DNA of 57,592 nt, the filler included, from Sphacelaria rigidula (Eukaryota), in the NCBI GenBank assembly GCA_964200075.2. It is 8 parts of 8 records of this genome, joined end to end, with 100 filler letters (N's around TTAATTAATTAA, not from the genome) between each part and the next. Parts side by side here need not be neighbours in the genome. Positions count along the whole stretch, not along the records: positions 7,214 to 14,325 come from CAXNAA020016424.1; positions 14,426 to 21,537 come from CAXNAA020016425.1; positions 21,638 to 28,748 come from CAXNAA020016426.1; 5 more parts are not named here. One strand, 5' to 3'. Below are positions 13,201-25,000 of the stretch, in pieces. The position numbers and the translations under genes were made by a program. Below the pieces are notes generated by a model that saw nothing but the letters and a program-made list of their open reading frames with translations, was not told the origin of the DNA and searched no databases. Every line of letters starts with the position of its first letter. The first letter of the stretch is position 1.

Positions 13201-13430
13201 TTTTCACCTAAATGTTCAGATCACAGCCAAGATATAAACTTGGAATGGAGAAGCTAACCCTACTTTTCAATCAACCTACCATAATACAGCTCGGGCGTAG
13301 ACATGTAATAGAGAAGCCCGTTTTTTTTTTGCACCTACCATAATATAGCCCGGACATTGACATGGAATATAGAAGCTGACCCTCCTTCTTTTTACCTACC
13401 TAAACACAGCCCAAACAAGGACTTAGAATC
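7214..13430. repeat. Tandem array of roughly 100 units of about 58-66 nt with higher-order repeats
   Basis: Recurring core ACACGGCCCGGACATGGACATGAAATGAAGAAGCTCACCC followed by a variable pyrimidine-rich segment; runs off the left contig end. Confidence 0.95.
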
Positions 13431-13781
13431 GCGGAAAATAACAGATCTACTGTTCCATTAAAAGCGTGAAACAACCGAGATTCTCCCCCCCCCAATATCA
13501 TGAGAATCGTAGAACATTTGTGAATCCAAAACCTCGACATGTAAACAACAGCGTGAATGTTGAATCCCTTACGTGAAAATGGAAACAGCCGAAGATATCA
13601 CCAGTACGGATAGGTTAGGGTCCCCTCACCCCCTCCATGTCAAATTGTCACGGAGGCTGGGGTCTCGTGGTGATATGCCCGTAAAACCGCACCGATTCAC
13701 AGTAGGCGGTGGAAGTGTGGTCAGCCATTCCCAAAACATTCCGACATTAGGTGCGAAAGGCCTCAATGAAGGGAAGAGGTG

Positions 13782-13980
13782 TGTAATGCGTGAGAGGACC
13801 GCGTGCTTAGAGGACCGCGCCGTAGTTCAAAATACCCCAGGATCGACGTTTATCAAAACCAATCGGGTCAGTCCCTGCAGGTACCACGCCCCTGACCCTA
13901 ATCCTAACCCTAACCCTAACCATAGGGATGTTCAAATCCCGATGCGGTCCTTAAAGGACGCGGTCCTCTCACGCATTACA
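13782..13980. mobile_element. TGT...ACA MITE with internal telomere-like (CCCTAA)n
   Basis: 23-bp perfect TIR tgtaatgcgtgagaggaccgcgt; internal ccctgaccctaatcctaaccctaaccctaacc; relatives at 28564 and 44886. Confidence 0.88.
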
Positions 13981-14551
13981 GGGTAGACAGTGCATGGCAT
14001 AAATGACAAGACCTACTGCGCTCATAGAACAAGGATCTCACCGATAACCGACCACATGATCTACGACAAAAAGCACTAAGAAGTGCGTAGACTTTCGAGA
14101 TTTTAAAGGATAGAAGCTGGTACAAAGTGTCGGGGAATCGTTGGCCAAGCTTTCGGCAGTGAAGGTCTACTCGGAAGCGTCAGAGGAGTAGCGACCCACG
14201 GTGAATCGTACACGGAGCGAAAGAGTTATGTACGGGACATCGTGGTGTGAGAAAGACCTTGTGTTATGCAAGCCGTCCTTGGACCTTATACGGTGAAATT
14301 GACCTCCCTGGAGGAAAGTAGCCAGNNNNNNNNNNNNNNNNNNNNNNNNNNNNNNNNNNNNNNNNNNNNTTAATTAATTAANNNNNNNNNNNNNNNNNNN
14401 NNNNNNNNNNNNNNNNNNNNNNNNNCCTCAGGTGGACATGTCTGACGGGTGGAGCGACTAAAAGCCCTGGACGAAACTAGAAATAGCGAAGTGCATGGTT
14501 TAAGGTTCCTTCCTGTCCTCTGGGTACAAGAAAAAGAAAAAATCCTCGGTA

Positions 14552-14953
14552 GACTACGAATTTCAAGGGACGTGTCTGCATGGCCACGGGCTTTCGACCA
14601 AATATGGGATTTAGGCTCGATCAAAGTTGTGAGCAAATAACACCACCACTTTGAGCATTTGTTTCGAGTACCACTCGCCCCAATTCGCATTATTTCATCA
14701 ACGATGGCGAACGATAACCGGAAAACTGGCACGACGTGGTTGAAGAATTGGCGTAGGCAAGAGACTACGAATGAAATGGACGTGTCCGCATGACCACCAG
14801 ATGTTGGTTTTTAGTCCAGATCAAAGTTTTGCGCAACTGGCACCATCACTTCGTGCATATGTTATGAATATCACTCGACGCAATTTGCACTATCTCACCG
14901 ATGATGAAGCACGATAATCGGAAACCTGGCGCGACGTGGTGAAAACATGTGGC
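14552..14953. repeat. Diverged tandem duplication of about 200 nt
   Basis: gactacgaat...ggacgtgtc.gcatg...gatcaaagtt...cgataa.cggaaa.ctggc.cgacgtggt occurs at about 14552-14753 and 14763-14953. Confidence 0.7.
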
Positions 14954-15685
14954 AAAATTGGACGCAACCGGCGCCGAAATGGGCTGAAACGGATTTCTCA
15001 CTATAATTTTCGTCCGCAACCATATCGGCTACGTCGGCAGGCCGTATAGTCACGTTCCATATCTGCCCTGATACGAGGTTTGAGATGTCACTTTCCCCAC
15101 AGGATAAGCATCAAGTGTAGCAGGGGTAGTGAAACGAAGCAGGGTCATGATCCATATCACATAGCCTCATGATGGAGGGGTTGGTGGGGTCACCATAGTA
15201 GTGTTTGTGCGAGAAAATTACGCTTGTGTGCATGTATGTGTAGGATTGTCAATGCGTTGTGTACTGAACTACTGAATCATTAGTGTTTTCGTGAAGTAAA
15301 ACACGGGTGGAGATACCACTCCCTCCTCTTGAAACAGGCTGCTTAAGTGAACCTAAGACTACCTTCTACAACGATAAATAATTCGCCCCACTTTCTTTCG
15401 TCATCTTTGACGTGGAGCTTTTGTTTTTGGCACTTCACGGAGTCATGTAATGAACATGAACGTGCTGAATGTTTTGGATGCGGCAAAAAAGTGAACAGCA
15501 TTCCCGAAATTGGCGAGGCCTTTTGATGAAGAAGAGTCCATGTTTCGAAGCGACAACCCTTATATTTTGGGGACAAGGGACATAATGTATCATTGCTGTG
15601 ACAATGAAGTGGCCAAGTTGTCTATCCACACATGTTATTTGGTGCAATGGGCTCTGAATTGCGGTCGCCAATATCTACTAACAAT

Positions 15686-15961
15686 GTTTTCGTGAGATTG
15701 CGAGTAGAGGGTGAAAAGCCGTCAATTAGTGAATGAATCGTTCGAGTTCCGAAATGGTCCTCCACGAGGCCCGATATGCTTTCTGTAGTAGCTTGCTACC
15801 GAAGCCCTTGATATCCCTGAGTAGGATATCGACGTGTAGCTGTAAGCACGCGCTAGTGATAGAGGCAAAGCAAAGCACACACGGGATGGAAAATTGGCTA
15901 AGTTAAAGCGAATGATCAACGCCACTCTCAATCAGCGCTCTACTCTCAATCTCACGAAAAC
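15686..15961. repeat. Inverted repeat pair (24 nt, one mismatch); probable MITE
   Basis: gttttcgtgagattgcgagtagag (15686-15709) vs ctctactctcaatctcacgaaaac (15938-15961). Confidence 0.65.
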
Positions 15962-16319
15962 GCTGTTTATTGCTGGTCATAGTATGATCTGCAACGCAGC
16001 CACCAACGTCCAATGCTGGTCGCAACAGGAGCTGAAGGGCGTCGATCACTAGCTATGAACAGTTGCGGCCCGCACTCAAGAGCCGCTTATTTTGCGTAAT
16101 CCTCGTGGCTTATTGCGTGCCGTGACCCGAGCACCTGTTCTTATTTTGACCAGGCACTCGTCGCAAAAAAGGGGGGTTTTTGGTCTTAGTTCAACATCGA
16201 GTCCTCCAAAGGTAGGTATATGACACACAGCACTAGTGTTGTTCGTTGGTTCTTACTCCGGAGTGGTGAACATAAGCTAGGCACAACTGCGCAAACATGC
16301 TAACGCCATGGAACATTCC

Positions 16320-18919
16320 TCAACCTTCTTGGTCCATGAGGGTCACGTTGGCACGTCGTACTCTTCCAGCTCTGCTGACGCCCAACGTGTTTGCAGCTCC
16401 GACCCAAGCCGCCTGATCTGCCGTGATATTCCCAAGCAAAACCCATGAACCTGTCCTCGCATCTGGATCTCCGCTGTACTTCTCTAGTGGCGACTTCATG
16501 CTGCGGGTACTCTGGTCTAGCTCCAGCTGCACGCGGTAGTCGTACAGGTGACGGGTGCGCAGCTGAGATTGCCGGATGATCAACCCACCAAACCACCCCA
16601 TCCCCAACCTAATGAGCACCCCACGTTACAAAAGCGAACTGTCAAGAGTAGCGGGTTTGGCTTCTTGGACACGGAAGCCTTCCGGGATCTGCATTCCTTG
16701 TATCACGTCGGCCGGGTCGTTCGGGTCCATGGTGTCGTCGTCGTCCAGAAGAGCTAGCTCGTCGGTCTTGGGTAGAGATATGTCTGGGAAAAAGGGCACC
16801 GTGGAAGACACCAAGAAGCACGGGTGTTACCGGTCCTACTGAATGGTACCAGTTCATTGCTCCGGAGTACTGTACAAGATTATTCAACCATTTGGTGCAA
16901 GGCGTTCATGTCAAACACAAAACAGAAACAACTCAATAAAAGCAAATCAATAGAAGTTTCTACATTTGGATCAAGTGGGAAGTAAACTTGCCATGGTCTT
17001 TTTCATCGCTGTCGTCGCCGTCCTCCAGATCCTCCCCGTTATTATTGTTGTCACCAGTGCCCCCACTCCCCACGACCGTCTCCCGCCTGCCAGCACCCTC
17101 CTCTCCACCCTCAGGCCCATCGCTGCCACTCTCTGAGGCTCCGCCGTCGTCGCTGGAGTCCTCTTCGTCTGTGAAGGTGTACGACTCTTTTTCCAAGCCC
17201 TCCGAGGTGATTCGATCATCGCCTGAGCCGTCCACCGTCATCGCTTTCCCGCACTTTTCGAAAAGGCGAAATCGGTACTCCTGGAGGCTGTTGAGTCTTA
17301 CCATGGCTGCCCCCACCCATTGAATGATCAGCACACGCCGGTCCGCAGATGTCAGCGACTTGCTTTCCCACCTCTCGAAGTTGTCCGCGTGGTCGAGCCA
17401 CATGTCCAGCTGCCTCCCAACTTCCACCTTGAGAAATCGTCCGGCTCCTGCATCCACTGGCTGCACCTCGTCCGTGCACTCCGCAGGGCCATACCAAGCG
17501 AGAGTGTTGCACTCCTTCGCAAGATACTCCTTGAACGCATCCGCCGTCTGGGCGTGCAAATTATCCATCATAAGAATGGATCTCGCCTTGGGAAGTTCAC
17601 CCCGCCCCCGCATCAGGCTTGTGCGGTAGGACCTCTTCGCCCACTCCATTCAGAATCTCTGGTCCGCCCATGCGTTTTCCTGAAAGGACACGTCCACCTC
17701 CTTGTGGTACGCGGCCTTCTCCACCGGTGAGGTCCGCTTCCCCGTCCCTCGGAAATCACCGAAATTCGCATGTGCTTCTCACCCGGACCGAAGATGACTC
17801 GCATGGTGCATTGCCTTTTCTTCAGGCCAGCGAAGGGCTGCGCGATGGCAACGCGCAGCGCGCCTTTCGGTGCCCAGGTCTGGGTCTGTACCTGCCCGTT
17901 CACGAATGGCCAGGGTACTTGATCCACATTGAAGCGCTCCCGCAGCTGAAATTGACCGAACTTAGGAAGTCTGGTCTCTCCCTCCGCGACCGTGCCCTGT
18001 ATCTAACCAGCTCTTTCAGAAGCTTGCGAAATTTCCTGTGGAAGCGCTTGATCTTGGGTAGGCGCTCTTCAACAGACTTGTTCTTCAAGTTCGTCCTGTG
18101 CCGTTTGGACAGAGAGTGCCTCTTGGACCATTTTCGCATCCACCTGAAGGGCGCGCGGAACGATGTCGCCCGTTCGTCAGAAGGGTACATCTCCTCCAAG
18201 AGCTTGCGGAACGAGACCGTGAGCCACAGGGTCGACACCTTCAGCTTCTTCTTGCGGCGCTCCAAGAAAAGGCTGGAAAGCCTCTTCTCCGCCTCAGGAA
18301 ACCATCTCTTGGGTTGCTGTTTTGCAAGGAGGGTCTTTGTCACGTCATTTGCTGCGAGACCCACGCTCTTGTCCTCACCCTTGGCCCACTTGCTGAGAAG
18401 GCTGTGATCAACCTTGAGATGGGTCTCCAAGTACTGCTGGGGCGTGAGGTGGTCACTCTCCCAGAGTTCTTCGGCGTCTTCCTCGAGGATGCGCAGCTGG
18501 TGGATAGCATGGGCTTTTGTCCTGATGTCGTATCAAGTGCGCTTGCTAGCGCCGCGAGTTTGCTTCGCTTTGGCGGCCGTGAAGCCGTCACTAACCAGGT
18601 CGACATGGAGAAGCCGCTTCGACTGAAGGACGAACGAAGCCACTCCCGTGGTGGCATCGACTTTCCCGTGCTAACAACGCCCAGTTCCGGCACGCTTCCA
18701 GGGCAGAAAATCTTTCGTATCCGTTCCCAGCATTCGCTGCAGTCGCACGCCTTGAAACATGTTTGCAGTGTTGTGCATGGACTTCTCGTGAACCCCACGG
18801 CCTTGCTCGTTCTCAAAGGTCATGGGACAGTGGCAGCAATGCGGACGGGGTGCCGGAGCTGGCCGTGGAAAGCTGACGGTGGACACGCACTCCTCGACGC
18901 CACCACGAGTCTTCAAAAC
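16320..18919 (-). pseudogene. pogo-type transposase with C2H2-like finger, HTH/CENP-B-type DNA-binding region, DD36D core, acidic linker and C-terminal extra domain; stops and frameshifts
   Basis: CHCPMTFENEQGRGVHEKSMH; FPEAEKRLSSLFLERRKKKLKVSTLWL...FRWMRKWSKRHSLS; NVDQVPWPF, LMMDNLHAQ, QPVDAG; tag acceptor before 18919; putative GC-AG intron 16836-16991. Confidence 0.88.
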
Positions 18920-19580
18920 CTACCAACCAACGGGGAAAGAGGCACAATGTCGTACGTGGATACGTGGATACCCAATCAGCGACAATGACAAAGCCATACA
19001 TTGATGTCCAAGATATATACTCGTGCATGCATTGTTGTTTGTTTGGGTTGGATAAAGAAGCATTTGCATTTATAAGTGGCATTTGTTCTTCTGCTTCAGA
19101 CTTTGAATGAATCTGAGAAGGGCAGCCAGATACTGCACTGCTGTCCGAAGGTTTATGTCTTGCATACTGTTACGCAGCAGTACTACACTTATGGGGGTGA
19201 ATGAAGGCCTTACCGACCAAAAATCCGTTTCCCACAAAACACAAAATGAATACGGAGGGATATTGAACGTATTGAAGACGTCATGGACTGTTCGGACCTG
19301 TGCCGAACCTATGCCGAACCTGTGCCGAGCATAACACACGCTCCATCCCAGGTTACGTAGGTTTAGTATGCGACATATGTATGTAATTTTATTATCGCAA
19401 TTATCTCGAGACAAGAAGCACAGCGCCCTCTGGAACTTCACAGCCCCCGCACACACACTAGACCTATTCAGGGACTTAAGCAGATTTGCTCAATTCGCCA
19501 CAGTGGATCCGAAAAGCCCCAGAACGTTGCAGGAAACGCGTTTTGAGTACAATTCGTGCATGGTGCAGTGGTTTACAAAG

Positions 19581-19976
19581 TGCTGCGGCCTCCGCGGCAC
19601 GCGTTACGGAAACCTGCTTGCGCCACTGAACAGTTCTGGTGTGTGGGAAGCGCATGCATCAAGCCGCAGTCTAATCCTCTGCTTCGTTGCCGAGAAAATA
19701 GACTTGAAAGGTAAGCACAACAACATACTGCAGCAAGAAGGGCACAGAAACAACACGAGCAGCAGCTCCTATCCTCCTGCTGCGGCCTCCGCGGCACGCG
19801 TTACGGAAACCTGCTTGCGCCACTGAACAGTTCTGGTGTGTGGGAAGCACATGCATCAAGCCGCAGTCTAATCCTCTGCTTCGTTGCCGAGAAAATAGAC
19901 TTGAAAGGTAAGCACAACAACATACTGCAGCAAGAAGGGCACAACAACAACACGAGCAGCAGCTCCTATCCTCCTG
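19581..19976. repeat. Near-perfect 197-nt tandem duplication inside the pogo element
   Basis: tgctgcggcctccgcggcacgcg...gctcctatcctcc starts at 19581 and again at 19778. Confidence 0.95.
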
Positions 19977-20380
19977 TTATTGTAACCCTGTGTACAGGTG
20001 CACAGCAACGCCAGTCACAGGTGTGTTGTAGAATGTACTATAGCAAAAGTACATTTTGTATGAGCGCTGTCGTCATTTCGAGTGACGCGTGTACAGTACT
20101 TATGATTGATACTGATTAGCTCATTTAGGTTTCATTTCTTTTGTATTCAACCGACTGTGGAGTTGGTCGGTCCATTTTCCAGGTGTATAGTGCCCAAAAC
20201 CGAGCCCCAATCACCCTTATAACAATACTCGCAAAAAAGTTAAAATTGAACTCGATTTACAGCAGTACTTGTAAGTACAGACGCACCAAAACAAGAAGAA
20301 AATACTTGTACAGCAGTATAAAAAAAGAAATCCTCACAGACAATACTGTAATGCAGTTGACGGCAGAGTTCTAACCAGGC

Positions 20381-20854
20381 TCACCGGTTTCCCGTGCCGA
20401 AAGCAAACGCGTTGATGATGTTATGCGTGTTTTTGGCGGCATCCTCTTTCCTCGTCTTTCCTCGATTCGGGGCTCCGCTTGCTGGAGAAGCTGCTGTTGC
20501 TGCTGCTGCTGCTGGCCGCTTTCCGGATGCAGAGGGCGCCACACCATGATGTGAAGACAGTAGAGGGCGAGCGCCGTTTTTGGTGATATCCAAGATGTGT
20601 CCATCGATCTGCGTGGTCCACTCTACTTCTGAGAAGACGCCGCTGTTTCTCAGCCCCCAAGCCGAATCGAAGGCCTCCCAGTTCCCGTTCGTGAGAGAGT
20701 TGCCCTCCTTCACATGTTTCTTGATCACCTCGTACTGTCGCTCAAGGATCACGCCCTTTACTTTGAGTTCGGAGAGCTTAACGAGCTCCTTCAACGTCGC
20801 CAAGGGCAAAGACATGATCCCTCTTCGTACAGACGTTGAGCGGCCTCGTGGCAC
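20381..20854 (-). CDS. Transposon-borne ORF/exon of unknown function (157 aa)
   Basis: Open, protein-like N-terminal half (SLPLATLKELVKLSELKVKG...NWEAFDSAWGL); ends at a CG|gtgagc donor-like site; inside the TIRs on the transposase strand. Confidence 0.5.
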   Translation of the reverse strand: MPRGRSTSVRRGIMSLPLATLKELVKLSELKVKGVILERQYEVIKKHVKEGNSLTNGNWEAFDSAWGLRNSGVFSEVEWTTQIDGHILDITKNGARPLLSSHHGVAPSASGKRPAAAAATAASPASGAPNRGKTRKEDAAKNTHNIINAFAFGTGNR

Positions 20855-21460
20855 GCACCCGAGGGGGAACGCAGATAGATGTTTGTGTGTCGATATTAGT
20901 CCCCCTACCTATCCCCTCACCCCTTTGTGGTTCACTATTTTCTGTAATCCCCCCCCCCCTGCTGCTGCTGCGGATCAAAACTCAAGGGGGGTAGAGCCTT
21001 CGGCACGACCCACCCCAGTTCTTCTCTTCCAGCCACAACGTAACGTGGACCCGTTCTTATCCCGAGCTCGAGTTGTACACCTCTCTTGCGTGTTCTTGTT
21101 CTTATTACCGCCTCCGAACTGAGCACATGTTCTCATGGTCATGTTCTGATTTTTGTGTTTTTTGAACCCTCAGTTTCTTAAGTGCCAAGTTCTTAAGTGC
21201 GGGCCGCAACTGTATAGGTAGAAGATGTCAGTTTGCACACAGTGCGGCCTGGGCCAGCAGCGATCGAGGGGGTCCATGTTTCACGCCTTCTTACGCAAAC
21301 ACAGGGAGCTTGGTATGGCGAAGTCTTCAGGTCTTTGTACCTCGCCTTGGCCTGCACATCCCTTTGAATTCTGCTGACTGTCCTTTTGGTATCTCCTCAT
21401 TCTTTTGGTACCCACCCGCCTCAAAAATATATCTGCAACCGTAAGCTAGGATCAACATCG

Positions 21461-21537
21461 GACACTCTCTACGATAGCCCCCCCCCCCAAACCACCAAAA
21501 AAGAACACCAAAAACAGACCAAAAACCCCCCGAAAAC
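21461..21537. mobile_element. Truncated GACAC-family MITE end
   Basis: gacactctctacgatag-C-run-aaaccacc matches the termini at 664 and 44048; cut by the contig end. Confidence 0.65.
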
Positions 21538-21637
21538 NNNNNNNNNNNNNNNNNNNNNNNNNNNNNNNNNNNNNNNNNNNNTTAATTAATTAANNNNNNN
21601 NNNNNNNNNNNNNNNNNNNNNNNNNNNNNNNNNNNNN

Positions 21638-21912
21638 ACAGGCTGCTGATCGCCCAGGTAGGATGGTGCTCCTAGAGGTGATAAGGAACCCAGACAAGCC
21701 AGGGAGGTAAACAAGGAGTGAGCTCGAACACCGAGCACAGCTCATCAGCATCTGCTTTACAGACGTTAGCCTATTCCTCGGCAGACGATACATGCTAACC
21801 GAGACATACTATACCGACTGTACTTGATAGTCACACTTCAACAATGAGCAATGCATGAACAGTGCTACTATACATTGACTAGATAGAGGAATGTGTAGAC
21901 AATTCTGTAACA
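21638..21912 (-). repeat. 3' LTR (partial, cut by the contig end)
   Basis: 275-nt direct repeat of 27007-27281 with about 9 differences by eye. Confidence 0.92.
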
Positions 21913-22014
21913 TTCCCCTTCGATGACAGTTGCCTGTGAATTGCGATACCCATGGTTAAATAAATACCAACATGGTTTTTACTAATGATACACATAAACA
22001 GAGTTGTCAAACGT

Positions 22015-25000
22015 TCATCCTCCGAAGTTTTTGATCCTGTCGACAAGGAAACGAAAACGATGCTTGCTCAAAAACTTGGCTCCGATGTCGGGGAGTTGAT
22101 GCTCCGTGGGAATACAATGAATGATTATTTTGCCCTCCTTGACCATCTCTCTGATGTAAAAGAAACGTAAAGCGATGTGCTTTGTGCGAGAACTGTACGC
22201 CTCATTGCCGATGACATGAAGAGAGGCCGTATTAGCGATGTGCTGTCCGAAACTCAACTAAGTCATCATGTTCAAGCTAAACACAGCTTCCTTCATTGTC
22301 AGAGCTGCAGTCACCAGTTCTGCCTCCATGGTTGACATCGCTGTCAGGCTCTGGATTCCTGACTTGAAGCTTACGGGCGCCTTACACCTCATGAGATAAG
22401 CTTAGGTCGGTTTACCGTTGTTAGGGTTGTTACCCCAGTTTGCATCCGAAAACGCAGTGAGCTTAAATCCTCCTCGCTTGTATATGATGTCAAACGCCTT
22501 TGTTCCAGCAAGATACCGTGGAAGATGCTTCGCAGCGCCCATTTAAACTTCGCCTGGCTTCGACATTGCACAAGCAAGCTGGCAAGATGCATACATCACG
22601 TCGTAACGTGTCATCTGCGCTAGGTACACAACAGAACCTGTTATGGCCTGATACTTCTGAGTTTCTTCTTCGCTGAGAAGAGTCTCCTCCGGTTGTTCCG
22701 TATACAACTCCGAACCGAATCCCGAGGCGTACACAGGCTTGCAGTGTTCCATTCCAAATCGTGCAAGAATTGATGTTGAATATTCCTCCTGAGAGATGGT
22801 GAGCGTACCTTCTTCACGATCGCGAGTGACTTGCATCCCCAGTAAAAGCGATACATCCCCCATGTCACTCATCTTGAACTTATCCATGAGGTTCCTCTTA
22901 ATATCTTCGATCACCCTGAGGTTACTCCCAGCGACAAGGAGGTCGTCGACGTAAAGGGTAATGACCACAATCGTCTTATCATGGTTGTATATGCAGACGC
23001 AGGGATCTGATTTCAGAGACGTGAATCCAAGCTCTATCAGTTTCGGATCTATCGTTTTCCACCAGTTGCGTGGACTTTGGGCTAATCGTGAAGGCTGTTT
23101 TCCAGCTTCATGACCAGTTGGATTCCATCCTTATTGGTGATCTCGAAACCAGGCGCCATTTTTATGAACACGTCTTCCTCGATGCCCGCATAAAGAAAAG
23201 TAGTCTTCACGTCAAGCTGGATTACTTCCCAGTTTAACTCAGTAGCAATCTCAAGCACCATCCGAACGCTTTGTAGTCGGCAAACGGGAGCGAAGGGGCC
23301 GCCTCAGTCTTTCCCGGGGACTTAATTCCAGCCCTATGCGACCAGTCTGGCTTTACATGTCTTCACCGGCTTGACTTTCAAGACCCACTCAGAGCCGATT
23401 ATTTTCAATCCCAGAGGGACATCTGTCTTTGGGACGAGAGAGTAAACTTTCAGATCTTGCAGACTTTTTAATTGCTTTTGAGCTGCTTCTTTCCACGTCG
23501 TAGATTTCGGCAACATTATAGCTTCTTCAAAGTTCGTCGGGATTTTGATCGTTCCTGATCGAAGTTGTGTATTTGTCGCTGCGTAGGCATACTCGACTAG
23601 ACTAAGCTGTTCATGTGAGTCTGCCACGTCTGGAAACTCCCCTTTAGCGAAGTAAGGAAGTTTCCCAAGTTCTCGGACTGTTCTCGACGTAGGCACACGT
23701 TGATTACGCTCTGAAGGCACACGTTGATTAGTCTGTCCACGCGTTCTGTTGTGAACGCCCGATGGAACTGACTCTTCGACCGGCGATGGTTCAGGCGATG
23801 CCGAATGTTCAGGAGCAGCAAGTAGATCTCGAGATGTGATTTCTTTTATGAGATCGAGTATTTGATTCACCGGAACGTCTTCAGTCACACGCTTTTCCGA
23901 GGGCGAACTAAGATCAAGGCTCAACGTATAGTTACGCACGGCTCGCACAAGGTCCTCATGCTCGTCGTACGAAAACGTTCCTTCGTCAAAACCGCTCACC
24001 AAGTCTGGTTCAGGCATGACAGGAGGTGTCTCGGTGAAACGACGTTTCGACTCTCGCGTACTTTTCGAGTTTCGGAGTGGTGAATGCGGAAAGACTTGCT
24101 GTCCATGCTCTATCCTACCAGTCGTCCTTCCCAGGCGCGGGGTTCCAGTTTCTTGGTATGTGTTTCTACGTGAACAAACGCTCTTGCTCCTATAGTCCGA
24201 AGGTGTCCAAGATTAGCTTGCTTGGCGTAGAGAATTTTGAAGGGTGTTTCATTGTTGAGAGCTGAAACGGAACTCTATTGATCAGGTATGTGGCAGTTTG
24301 CATGAGTTCTCCCCGAAGGAAACACGGTAGACCTGAATCAGACAGCATGCATCTCGCCATACCCGCCAAGGTGCGTCCTAAGCGCTCGTTTGCGCCTATC
24401 TGTTGAGGAGTATTTGTTGATGCAAACTCGAGCTTTATACCCATGTCGAGGCAATACTTGCGAAAGGCCGAACCTGTACTTTCTCCTCGCTTGTCCGCTC
24501 TCAGGCGCTCCAAGCGCACTCCAGTGGGGATGACGACGACCTGGTTGTATAGCTGTAGGGCGTCAACAGCAGAACCCTTCTCCTTGATCAGTAAAACATC
24601 CATCCATTTTGTAACCTGGTCATTGAACTTAACGTGATTGAAGCCGCCCAGTGCCTGAGGGGAGATTGATCCCATGATGTCGGTGAAGACTAGCTGAAAG
24701 GGAAGCTTGACGTTGTAAGATGCTTGCTTCGGGTGCGGTTGTTGTGTGCTCTTGCCCACAGCGCAAACATCACAAGCAAGTGGATCTCCGTTATACGCAA
24801 CACCATTACCCTGCACTCTCCGTAGGATATTCATACTTCTGCTATTGATGTGACCCAGGCGGCGATGCCACAGGTCTGCTGATTCGGTCCACAAAGCTGC
24901 ACTATTAGTTACATTGTATGCAGGTACTTGTAAAGAAAAGGAATATACCTTATCATTCAGAAGCCGCTGCAACGGTATGGTAACTTGTCCTACCTCCAAT

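Larger units (their letters stand above)
16060..21212 (-). mobile_element. pogo-like (IS630-Tc1-mariner group) DNA transposon, both ends present but coding region decayed
   Basis: TIR CAGTTGCGGCCCGCACTYAAGA at 16060 and its reverse complement ending 21212, followed by TA (left flank is AA); encloses a transposase. Confidence 0.9.

Noticed and set aside
7214..13430. CRISPR array
   Set aside because: The cores are degenerate, the variable segments are related pyrimidine runs that recur in higher-order repeats, there are no cas genes and the context is eukaryotic
7214..13430. Repeat protein (MKKLTLFF...TRPGHGHE) or C/D snoRNA cluster
   Set aside because: Unit lengths are not multiples of 3 and frames break constantly; TGAAGA is only loosely C-box-like and there is no consistent CTGA D box
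13890..13921. Chromosome end / telomere
   Set aside because: Only a few degenerate units, embedded in a TIR element that recurs elsewhere
18098..18988. 296-aa and other plus-strand ORFs over the transposase
   Set aside because: Antisense shadows of the GC-rich minus-strand transposase
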